Shown here in pieces: positions 26,020 through 34,150 of a DNA stretch of 64,000 bases. Position 1 is the stretch's first letter. The number at the start of each line of letters is the position of its first letter. This DNA is from Thermoplasmata archaeon. Its GTDB lineage: Archaea > Thermoplasmatota > E2 > JACPAO01 > JAHFTW01. Under the pieces are notes generated by a model that saw nothing but the letters and a program-made list of their open reading frames with translations, ran no database searches and was not told the origin of the DNA. The translations under genes and the position numbers were made by a program. Where the stretch lies: assembly GCA_034667725.1 (NCBI GenBank), contig JAXDQS010000001.1, forward strand, positions 288,001-352,000, given 5' to 3'.

Positions 26020-29000
26020 GGCCCGCCGCCAAGCGGCCCGGCCCGGCAAGCCGGCCGCAGGCCGACGGCGGGCCCCCGAGGCGCCCGCCGCCGGCGGCAA
26101 CCAGGCGCGGCAGCGCGCGCTGCGCGCGCAGGCCAAGCTGGACGTCCGGCCGGCCGGCGACGCCTACGAGCAGGAGGCCGACCGCATCGCCGACGACATC
26201 GTGTCCGCGAAGGAGCCGGGCGCGGACGGGCCGGCGAAGGCCAACGCGCCGGCCACCACGGAGGCGCCGGCGCCGGAGGACGCCGAGCCGGTCCAAGGCA
26301 AGCCGGAGGTGACGCCGGTCCAGGAGGACGACGCCAAGCCGCCCGAGGCCGGCGCCGAGGAGGAGGAGCCCGCCCAGCGCACGGTCGAGGCTGGCGCCGA
26401 GAAGGAAAAGGAGGAACCGGTCCAGAAGAAGACCGAGGCTGGCGCCGAGAAGGACAAGAAGGAGCCCGAGCCCGTCCAGAAGAAAACCGAGGCCGGCGCC
26501 GAGAAGGACAAGGAGGAACCCGTCCAGAAGAAGACGGAAGCCGGCGCGGAGAAGGAGGAGCCGAAGCCGGTCCAGAAGAAGGCCGAGAACGTCCCGCTGG
26601 CCGCCCCGCCCGAGGAGGGCACCAAGCCGGAGCCGCACGCCCACCTCGAGCAGCGGCTCGGCGAGCGCGAGGCCGGCGGCATGCCGCTCGACCCCGCCAC
26701 CCGCGGCTTCTTCGAGCGCTGCCTCGGCCGCGGCCTCGACACCGTCCGCGTCCACACCGACGCCGAGGCCGCCCGCCTCGCCAAGGACATCGGCGCCCAG
26801 GCGTTCACCCGCGGCGCCCACGTCTACTTCGGCTCCGGCCGCTACGACCCCGGCTCCCCCGGCGGGCGCCGGCTGCTCGCCCACGAGCTGGTGCACGTCG
26901 TCCAGCAAGGCGCCGCCGGCACGATGCCGAAGCAGGGCGCCGACGCGGGGCCGGCGACCGCGCGGCCGCCGCCGGTGGCGACGGGGGTCGCGGGCGTCCA
27001 GCGCAAGGCCTCCAACCTGCAGCCGGACCCCGTGCCGGCAGGCACGTTCGACGCCGAGACCGGCGAGCCGACCAAGACCGGCACCCAGTGGACCATCCGG
27101 TTCGCCAAGCTGGAGCTGCCGGACGACAAGTGGGAGCGCCACCAGGCCGTCTATGCCAAGGAGCTGACCCGCGCGCCGGGCGACGTGTCGCGGTCGGGCG
27201 CCCAGCGCGGCATCTGGCTGGAGACCATGAAGGACGAGGCCAAGAAGGGCGCCAGCAAGCTGACCGCCAAGGTGGGCGCGGGAGGCCTCGACAACACGGG
27301 CAAGGGCCTGTTCCGCCTGCCCAAGAGCAAGCCTGAAGGCATCAGCAAGGGCGCCAAGGAGCTGCATGGGGCCAAGGGACCAAAGGAGATCGAGGAGCGG
27401 TTTTTCCACGGCACGCCGGAGGAGGTCGCCGCCGCCAGCATCATCCCGTACTGGGACCGCGGCAAGAGCCCGCGCGCCTTCGACGTGGACCACATCACGG
27501 AGGTCCAGGCCGGCGGCAGCGACACCGACATCAACAACATGGAGCTGCTGGACGCCAGCACCAACAGCTCGCACGGCTCGATCCTGAAGGGCATCATCGA
27601 GGGCAAGCGCGCCGCGTTCGCGAAGAAGGCCCAGCCGCTCGCCAAGGGCAACAAGGCGTTCAAGGAGCTCCAAAGCGCCGACCTGGTGAAGCAGAACGCC
27701 ACGCTGGTGTTCACGACGGGCGCAGGCGGCGGCGGGGGCGCCAAAAGCTCCCCGGACTTGGCCTGGTCGCGCGCCGACATCGCGGGCGGCGCGCACTTGG
27801 AGAGGCTGGAGGCGGTCGACCCGAGCGAGGCCGGCAAGGCGGGCAACTTCACGCTGCTGGCGGGCATGGGCGGGTTCGCGAAGCAGCTCCCCAAGGACAG
27901 CGCGAACAAGGTGGACGCCAAGGCGCTGGAGCCGATCATGAACCCGTACAAGGTCGTCAGCTCCAAGCTGGAGGTCACCGACGCCGACCACCCGGTCCCA
28001 GGCGCCACGCTGGGCTCGGTCAAGACCAGGTTCCAGATGAAAGGGGCCAAGGGCCAGCCCGGCGGCACCCAGGAGGACACCTTCGACATCGTGCGGGTCG
28101 GCAGCGCGGCCTTCGTGGGCTCGATCGACGCCGCGAAGCTCACCGCCAGCCTGCGCCAGCAAATCCGCAGCCCCAAGCTCAGTCCCGTCGAGGTGGACTC
28201 GGCCCAGCTCACGGAGAAGGGTGTGGTGGCGCCGGGCCGCATCAAGCCCAGCCTGTCCAAGTTCCTCAAGGAGCCCATCGAGTTCACGCTCCAGGACGGC
28301 GGCCTGGACTTCGAGCACACCTGGTCGGCCGGCGGCCTCGAGGTCCCCAAGCCGTTCGAGCTGCACGGCGGCTCCGTCACCGTGGGCGGTGGCAGCGACG
28401 GCACGTTCCGCGCCAGCGGCCAGGTGGACTTCGGCATCCAGAAGGTCGGCGACGGCAGCCTCGGCATCGAGGTCGCCACCGGCGACGCGCCCATCTCGGT
28501 CAAGGGCGAGTTCGTCTTCGACCCCTCCCTAGCCGAGAACGCCAAGGTCGAGATCACCTACACCAAGGACGGCGAGGGCGGCAAGTGGGCCGGCAAGGGC
28601 TCGATCGAGCTGGGCAAGCGCAAGGGCATCAAGAAGGGCAGCCTGGAGGTCGAGTTCAAGGAGGGCGTGCTGAAGGCGGAGGGCAGCGCCGAGCTCGACG
28701 TGCCGGGCTTCGAGTCGGGCTCGCTCAAGCTGGAGGTCGGCCCCGACGGCATCCTCATCGGAGGCGGCTTCAAGCTCTCCAAGGACATCAAAGGCCTCAA
28801 GGGCGGCGAGCTCAAGGCCGAACTCAGCAACAAAGGCGGCGACGGCTTCAAGGTCAAGGCGAGCGGCGCGTTCCAGTCCGGCATCCCCGGCTTCGACACG
28901 ACGCTGGAGGCCGACTACGACGACGGCGCCCTGACGATCAAGGGCATCAGCAACTTCAGCAAGGGGATGCTGAGCGGCAAGGTCGAGGCCGGCGTCACCA

Positions 29001-29863
29001 ACTCCAAGGTCGGCGAGGACGGCTTGGCCACGGGCGGCGGCACCGGGTCGCTGCGGCCGTTCGGCGGCGGCGAGGCGACCGTCAAGCTGACCCCCTGGCT
29101 GCAAGGGACCGCGGCCATCCGGCTCAACAAGAAGGGCGAGGTGGAGCTCAAGGGCGAGGTGGCCCTGCCGGCGTCGCTCCAGGTGTTCCCGCGCAAGGAG
29201 CTGGAGAAGGAGCTGCTGTCGGTCGCCATCGACGCGCCCATCGTCGGCGTCGCGGTGGCGGGCCAGCGCGTCGGCATCTTCCTCACCATCGGCGGCGCCC
29301 TCAGCGCCAAGGCCGGCATCGGCCCCGGCACCTTGGAGGACACCAAGATCACGGTCGAGTACACGCCGAGCAACGAGGCCGCGACCCATGTCTCGGGCAG
29401 CGCCAAGCTAGTGGTGCCGGCCGACGCGGGGCTGCGGCTGGCGGTGCACGCGGGCATCGGCGCCGGCATCCCGCTGGTGAGCGCCACCGCCGGCCTGGAG
29501 ATCGGCGGCGAGCTTGGCATCAAGGGCAAGGCGACGGCGGGCGTCAACGTCGACTGGCGCCCCGGCAAAGGCCTCAAGATGCACGCCGAGGCCGACTTCG
29601 AGGCGCAGCCAAGCTTCACCTTCGACGTGAGCGGCTACGCCAAGGTCGAGGCGGGCATCGGGCCGTTCAAGGCGGACCTCTACAGCCAGAAGTGGTCGCT
29701 GGCGTCGTTCCAGTACGGCTCCGGCATGGCCTTCGGCGTCAACTTCCCCGTCGACTACGAGCAGGACAAGGCCTTCGACGTCTCGCTCGACGACGTCCAC
29801 TTCCGCAAGCCGAACATCCAGGTCGGCCCCATGATCAAGAACCTGGTCAAGGAGATCGTATGA
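26006..29863 (+). CDS. DUF4157 (eCIS core domain) cargo protein with HNH-like nuclease motif and long Gly-rich beta-strand C-terminus
   Basis: GMPLDPATRGFFE...VRVHTD...AQAFTRGAHVYFG...LLAHELVHVVQQ (DUF4157); FDVDHITEVQAGG...NMELLDASTNSSHG (HNH-like). Confidence 0.85.
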   Translation: MATREARRQAARPGKPAAGRRRAPEAPAAGGNQARQRALRAQAKLDVRPAGDAYEQEADRIADDIVSAKEPGADGPAKANAPATTEAPAPEDAEPVQGKPEVTPVQEDDAKPPEAGAEEEEPAQRTVEAGAEKEKEEPVQKKTEAGAEKDKKEPEPVQKKTEAGAEKDKEEPVQKKTEAGAEKEEPKPVQKKAENVPLAAPPEEGTKPEPHAHLEQRLGEREAGGMPLDPATRGFFERCLGRGLDTVRVHTDAEAARLAKDIGAQAFTRGAHVYFGSGRYDPGSPGGRRLLAHELVHVVQQGAAGTMPKQGADAGPATARPPPVATGVAGVQRKASNLQPDPVPAGTFDAETGEPTKTGTQWTIRFAKLELPDDKWERHQAVYAKELTRAPGDVSRSGAQRGIWLETMKDEAKKGASKLTAKVGAGGLDNTGKGLFRLPKSKPEGISKGAKELHGAKGPKEIEERFFHGTPEEVAAASIIPYWDRGKSPRAFDVDHITEVQAGGSDTDINNMELLDASTNSSHGSILKGIIEGKRAAFAKKAQPLAKGNKAFKELQSADLVKQNATLVFTTGAGGGGGAKSSPDLAWSRADIAGGAHLERLEAVDPSEAGKAGNFTLLAGMGGFAKQLPKDSANKVDAKALEPIMNPYKVVSSKLEVTDADHPVPGATLGSVKTRFQMKGAKGQPGGTQEDTFDIVRVGSAAFVGSIDAAKLTASLRQQIRSPKLSPVEVDSAQLTEKGVVAPGRIKPSLSKFLKEPIEFTLQDGGLDFEHTWSAGGLEVPKPFELHGGSVTVGGGSDGTFRASGQVDFGIQKVGDGSLGIEVATGDAPISVKGEFVFDPSLAENAKVEITYTKDGEGGKWAGKGSIELGKRKGIKKGSLEVEFKEGVLKAEGSAELDVPGFESGSLKLEVGPDGILIGGGFKLSKDIKGLKGGELKAELSNKGGDGFKVKASGAFQSGIPGFDTTLEADYDDGALTIKGISNFSKGMLSGKVEAGVTNSKVGEDGLATGGGTGSLRPFGGGEATVKLTPWLQGTAAIRLNKKGEVELKGEVALPASLQVFPRKELEKELLSVAIDAPIVGVAVAGQRVGIFLTIGGALSAKAGIGPGTLEDTKITVEYTPSNEAATHVSGSAKLVVPADAGLRLAVHAGIGAGIPLVSATAGLEIGGELGIKGKATAGVNVDWRPGKGLKMHAEADFEAQPSFTFDVSGYAKVEAGIGPFKADLYSQKWSLASFQYGSGMAFGVNFPVDYEQDKAFDVSLDDVHFRKPNIQVGPMIKNLVKEIV
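26345..26581 (+). repeat. Coding tandem repeat (EAGAEK..EPVQKK), four copies plus one degenerate
   Basis: Repeated gaggcYggcgcSgagaagga...ccSgtccagaagaa units in the DUF4157 gene N-terminus. Confidence 0.85.
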
Positions 29864-30816
29864 CGCCCAACCCCGACGCCGCCGCGGACGCCGCCGCCCG
29901 CCTGCACCTGCAAGGCGACCACGCCGCCGCCCGCGCCGCCTACCTCGCGGTGCTGCAGGAGCGGCCGGCGCACGCGACCGTGCTCAACAACCTCGGCTTC
30001 CTCGAGCTGCAGGCCGGCGACCACGCCGCCGCCGCGCAGCGGTTCGAGCAGGCGCTCGCCCACGACCCGGCGCGCGCCATGCCGCACGCCAACCTCGGGC
30101 TGCTGCACGCCCAGCGCGGCGACTGGGACCAGGCCCGCGCCCACCTGGAGCAGGCGCTGGAGCGCGGCCCCGACGACGCCGGCACCTGGAGCAGCCTCGC
30201 CCAGGTCCACGCGGCGCGCGGCGACCCGCGCTCGGCCGCGGCGTGCTGGCGCCAGGCCGCGGCACTCCAGCCGACGCCGCGCCGGCTGGTGCAGCTAGGC
30301 GCCGCGCGCATGGCGCTCGGCGAGCTCGACGCCGCCCTCGCGGCCCTCCACGAGGCGCTGGAGCTCGACCCCGCCGACCCCGACGCGTGGACCCACCTCG
30401 GGGTCGCGCTGCTGGTGCGGCAAGACCTCGGCTCGGCGCTCGACGCCTTGCAGCGCGCCATCGCCATCACGCCGCTCGCGCACGACGCCCGCCACCACTT
30501 GGCGCTGGTGCGGCTGGCCCGGGGCGAGCCGGACGAGGCCCGCGTCGCCTGGACGCGGCTCTTGGAGGCGGTGCCGGAGCACGCCTGCCGGGTGGACCTC
30601 GCGGTGCTGGAGCTCTCCGAGGGCCGGCTGGAGGCCGCACGTGCCCTGTTGGAGCCGGCGCCGCCCGGCGCGCGCCGCGACCACTACCTGGCCGTCGCGC
30701 GCCACCGCCTCGGCGACCCCGCCGGCCTCGCGGAACTCCAGGCCCAGGCGGCGGCCGAGGGCGCCTACGCACGCCAGTCGGGAGCGTACCTCGCTTCGCT
30801 GGAGCGTGCCCCATGA
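29860..30816 (+). CDS. Tetratricopeptide repeat protein
   Basis: VLNNLG, HANLG, AWTHLG and ALELDP TPR units; overlaps both neighbours. Confidence 0.88.
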   Translation: MTPNPDAAADAAARLHLQGDHAAARAAYLAVLQERPAHATVLNNLGFLELQAGDHAAAAQRFEQALAHDPARAMPHANLGLLHAQRGDWDQARAHLEQALERGPDDAGTWSSLAQVHAARGDPRSAAACWRQAAALQPTPRRLVQLGAARMALGELDAALAALHEALELDPADPDAWTHLGVALLVRQDLGSALDALQRAIAITPLAHDARHHLALVRLARGEPDEARVAWTRLLEAVPEHACRVDLAVLELSEGRLEAARALLEPAPPGARRDHYLAVARHRLGDPAGLAELQAQAAAEGAYARQSGAYLASLERAP

Positions 30817-31496
30817 GCAGCGCGTTCCCGGACGCCCCGCAGATCATGAAGGGCGCGCTGGTGGTCTATCCCACGGGCAAGTCGAGCGACAACCCGCGTG
30901 TCGTGACGTTCCAGTACAACCCCGACCAGGTGCGGCGCACCATCGCCGACCGGGCGCCCGCCGGCAAGCAGGGCGACGCGGGCGCCGCCAAGGCCGACGC
31001 CATGCGGGTGACGGGGCCGCCGAAGGAGACGCTGACGTTGACCATCACGCTGGACGCGACCGACCAGCGCGCGGAGCCGGACAAGAACCCGAACGTGGTC
31101 GAGAAGGGCCTGCTGCCGGCGCTATTCCTGCTGGAGACGCTGCTCTACCCGACGCCCGAGTCGGCGCGCGCCAACCAGAAGGCGGCCAAGCAAGGCGAGG
31201 CGCTCAACAAGCCGTTGGAGAAGCCCTCCGTCCTGGCCGTCTGGGGCAAGCACCGCTCCGCGCCCGTCAAGGTCACGAGCTTCAGCATCACGGAGGAGTC
31301 GTTCGACAGCAAGCTGAACCCCGTCCGCGCCAAGATCGAGCTGGCCATGGAGGTCCTGGCCGACGTCGACGTGGACCCGAGCCGCGTCGAGGCCGAGGCC
31401 TACCTCGCCTACCAGAAGCAGAAGCACAACCTCGCGGCCATGCACGAGAACCGCGACGGCGAGGCGCCCGCCGAAGGCCCCAGGCCGGTGCACTGA
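30813..31496 (+). CDS. CIS tube-initiator-like protein (Afp7/Pvc7 N-terminal-like)
   Basis: VTFQYNPDQVRRT, PKETLTLTITLDATD, VWGKHR..PVKVTSFSITEESFDSKLNPVRAKI. Confidence 0.8.
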   Translation: MSSAFPDAPQIMKGALVVYPTGKSSDNPRVVTFQYNPDQVRRTIADRAPAGKQGDAGAAKADAMRVTGPPKETLTLTITLDATDQRAEPDKNPNVVEKGLLPALFLLETLLYPTPESARANQKAAKQGEALNKPLEKPSVLAVWGKHRSAPVKVTSFSITEESFDSKLNPVRAKIELAMEVLADVDVDPSRVEAEAYLAYQKQKHNLAAMHENRDGEAPAEGPRPVH

Positions 31497-31777
31497 TGCC
31501 CGTCTATCCCGGGAGCCGCTACGCCCACGCCGCCCGCCGCCTGCACGACGGCCCCGCCGGCGCGACGCCGTACCTCGACCTGCGCATCATCCGCACGCCG
31601 CCGCCCCGCGACCACCACATCGTCCAGGACGGCGAGCGCACCGACCTCGTGGCCAGCCGCCACTTCGCCGACCCCGAGCGCTACTGGCGCATCTGCGACG
31701 CCCAACTGGTGTTCTGGCCGGAGGACCTCGTGGCCCGACCCGGCCGCGCCATCCGAATCCCAGGACCGGAGGGATGA
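31496..31777 (+). CDS. LysM/tail protein X-like small baseplate protein
   Basis: SRYA; HIVQDGERTDLVASRHFADPERYWRICDA; GRAIRIP. Confidence 0.8.
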   Translation: MPVYPGSRYAHAARRLHDGPAGATPYLDLRIIRTPPPRDHHIVQDGERTDLVASRHFADPERYWRICDAQLVFWPEDLVARPGRAIRIPGPEG

Positions 31778-31780
31778 CCC

Positions 31781-32887
31781 TTGGAGCAGTCCTACCGCCT
31801 CGAGGTCAACGGCCGCCCCGCGCCGCCCGAGCTCTTGGAGGCCGTGCAGCGCCTTGACGTCGAGGACCACACCGAGCTCGCCGGCCTGATGCGGCTGCGC
31901 CTCGGCGTCGCCGTCGGCCCCGGCGGCGACCGCTGGCCGTTCCTGGACGACGGCCTGTTCGCCCGCCTCACCCCGATCCGCCTCCAGGTCCGCCTCGGCA
32001 GCCGGATGGAGACCCTGCTCGACGGCCACGTCGTCGAGACCCATGCCATCCTCGACCCCAAGCCCGACGCCTCCGCGCTCGAGGTGGTCGCGATGGACGC
32101 CACCGCCCTCATGAACCTCGAGGACAAGGTGCGCGCCTGGCCCGACCGCAGCGACGCCGACGTCGCGCGCGAGGTGTTCGAGGAGCATGGGCTTGCCACC
32201 GACGTGGACCCGACCGAGCCGACCCACCAGGAGGCGACGGGCACCCTGATGCAGCGCGGCACCGACATCCGGTTCCTGCGCCGGCTCGCCCAACGCAACG
32301 GCTTCGACTGCTACGTCGAGGCCGACCCCGAGACCGGCAAGCCCACCGGCCACTTCCACCCGCCGCGCCTCGACGGCCCGCCGCAAGGCGTCCTCACCGT
32401 CGGCATGGGCGGCGCCGGCAACGTCGACCAGTTCGCCGTGCGCCACCACATGATGCACGCCGCCCACGCCGCCGCCCACGCCGTCGACGCCGCCACGCTG
32501 GAGGCCCAGAGCGGCACCGCCGAGTCGATGGCCGCCAAGCCGCTCGGCAAGGAGGGCCTGGGCGCCGGCCCGCGGCCGCGCACGGTCCTCGTCGCGGGCG
32601 GCGGCAGCGCGGCCGAGCTCGGCACCATGAGCCAGGCCGTCCGCGACCGCACCGCCTGGGAGGTCGCCGCCGAAGGCCGCCTCAACACGGCCGCCTACGG
32701 CAAGGTGCTGCGCGCCAAGCGCACCGTGCTCGTGCGCGGCGTCGGCCGCACCCTGGCCGGCACCTACCGGGTCGAGCGCGTGCTGCACAGCTTCGGCGCG
32801 GACGGCCACGTCCAGCACTTCACGCTGCGCCGCAACGCCCTCGGCCTCGCCGGCGAGGACTTCAGCGGCGGGGAGGCCCCGCTGTGA
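31781..32887 (+). CDS. Baseplate hub (phage late control D / gp27-like, VgrG N-terminal half)
   Basis: DATALMNLEDK, QRGTDIRFLRRLAQRNGF, YGKVLRA, VRGVG...GTYRVERVLH. Confidence 0.85.
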   Translation: MEQSYRLEVNGRPAPPELLEAVQRLDVEDHTELAGLMRLRLGVAVGPGGDRWPFLDDGLFARLTPIRLQVRLGSRMETLLDGHVVETHAILDPKPDASALEVVAMDATALMNLEDKVRAWPDRSDADVAREVFEEHGLATDVDPTEPTHQEATGTLMQRGTDIRFLRRLAQRNGFDCYVEADPETGKPTGHFHPPRLDGPPQGVLTVGMGGAGNVDQFAVRHHMMHAAHAAAHAVDAATLEAQSGTAESMAAKPLGKEGLGAGPRPRTVLVAGGGSAAELGTMSQAVRDRTAWEVAAEGRLNTAAYGKVLRAKRTVLVRGVGRTLAGTYRVERVLHSFGADGHVQHFTLRRNALGLAGEDFSGGEAPL

Positions 32888-33450
32888 AGGAGACGGTGCG
32901 GGCGCTGAGTGCCGCCGTGGGCCGGCCCGACGACCGCCACCTTGGCAAGTTCCGCGGCCTCGTGACCGACGTGGACGACCCGAACCAGGCCGGCCGGCTG
33001 CGCGCGCTGGTGCCCGAGGTGCTGGCCGACGTGCCGACCGGGTGGGCGCTGCCGTGCGCCCCCTACGCCGGCAAGGCCACCGGGCTGTGGGCCATCCCGC
33101 CCGTGGGCACCGGCGTCTGGATCGAGTTCGAGGCCGGCGACCCCAGCCGGCCCGTCTGGACCGGATGCTGGTGGGGCGACGGCGAGGCCCCCGCCGAGTC
33201 CGTCAAGCAGCTCGTGATCCAGACGCCGGGCGGCCACGTCGTGCGCATCGACGACGACGCCGGCACCGTCGAGATCGGCGAGGCCGGCGGCGGCAAGATC
33301 GCGATGGCAAGCGACAGCATCACCCTGGAGAGCAACGGCGCCAAGGTGGTGCTCGACAGCAAGGGCGTCGAACTGAGCGCCGGCGGCAAGAAAATCCTCG
33401 TCGGCAGCGCCTCGGTCAGCATCAACGACGGCGCCATGGAGGTCACCTGA
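32884..33450 (+). CDS. Spike protein (gp5/gpV OB-fold, VgrG C-terminal half)
   Basis: GKFRGLVTDVDDP...GRLRALVP, WALPC, PPVGTGVWIEFEAGDPSRPVWTG, short beta-helix. Confidence 0.92.
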   Translation: MKETVRALSAAVGRPDDRHLGKFRGLVTDVDDPNQAGRLRALVPEVLADVPTGWALPCAPYAGKATGLWAIPPVGTGVWIEFEAGDPSRPVWTGCWWGDGEAPAESVKQLVIQTPGGHVVRIDDDAGTVEIGEAGGGKIAMASDSITLESNGAKVVLDSKGVELSAGGKKILVGSASVSINDGAMEVT

Positions 33451-33791
33451 TGGCGACCCCGATCCTCCAGGCCGGCGCCACCGTGACCTGCCCGCACGGC
33501 GCCACCGTGTCCATCACGCCCACCAACACCAGCGTCCTCGCCAACGGCGCGCTGCTCCTGGTCTCGGACACGAGCACCGTCGCGGGCTGCCCGTTCCAGA
33601 TCCCCGTCGGCGCCGGCACCAAGCCGTCCCCTTGCGTCACCGTGCAGTGGACCTCGGAGGCGCAGAAGACCAAGGTCAACGGCACCGGCGTCCTCTTGCA
33701 GACCAGCGTCGGCCTGTGCAAGAGCCCCGAGGGCGCCCCGCAAGGCAGCGCCATCATCGCCACCACCCAGATGCGCGCCGGAGGGTCCTGA
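33450..33791 (+). CDS. PAAR-like spike tip protein
   Basis: VTCPHG, VAGCPF, PCVTVQW, GLC motifs; directly after the spike gene. Confidence 0.75.
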   Translation: MATPILQAGATVTCPHGATVSITPTNTSVLANGALLLVSDTSTVAGCPFQIPVGAGTKPSPCVTVQWTSEAQKTKVNGTGVLLQTSVGLCKSPEGAPQGSAIIATTQMRAGGS

Positions 33792-34150
33792 TGCACGTCG
33801 ACCACCCGCTCCGGGTCGACCCTGCCGGCCGCACCGCCCGCACGCCGCTGGCCGACCACGTGCGCGACCTCGTCCACCAGGTGCTGTTCACCAACCCGGG
33901 CGAGCGCGTCAACCGCCCCGACTTCGGCTGCGGCCTGGCCCGCCTGCTGTGGATGCCCAACAGCGACGTGCTCGCGGCGGCCAGCCAGTTCCTAGTCCAC
34001 GGCGCCCTGCAACGCTGGCTCGGCGACCTCCTGGAGGTCCAGGACGTCCGCATCGACAACACCGACAACCGCCTCACCATCGAGGTCAGCTACCTCATCC
34101 TGGAGGAGGCGACCCGCCACCGCGAGCGCTTCGTGCAGGAGGGCCCATGA
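33791..34150 (+). CDS. gp25/GpW baseplate wedge protein
   Basis: VLFTNPGERVNRPDFGCGL. Confidence 0.92.
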   Translation: MHVDHPLRVDPAGRTARTPLADHVRDLVHQVLFTNPGERVNRPDFGCGLARLLWMPNSDVLAAASQFLVHGALQRWLGDLLEVQDVRIDNTDNRLTIEVSYLILEEATRHRERFVQEGP

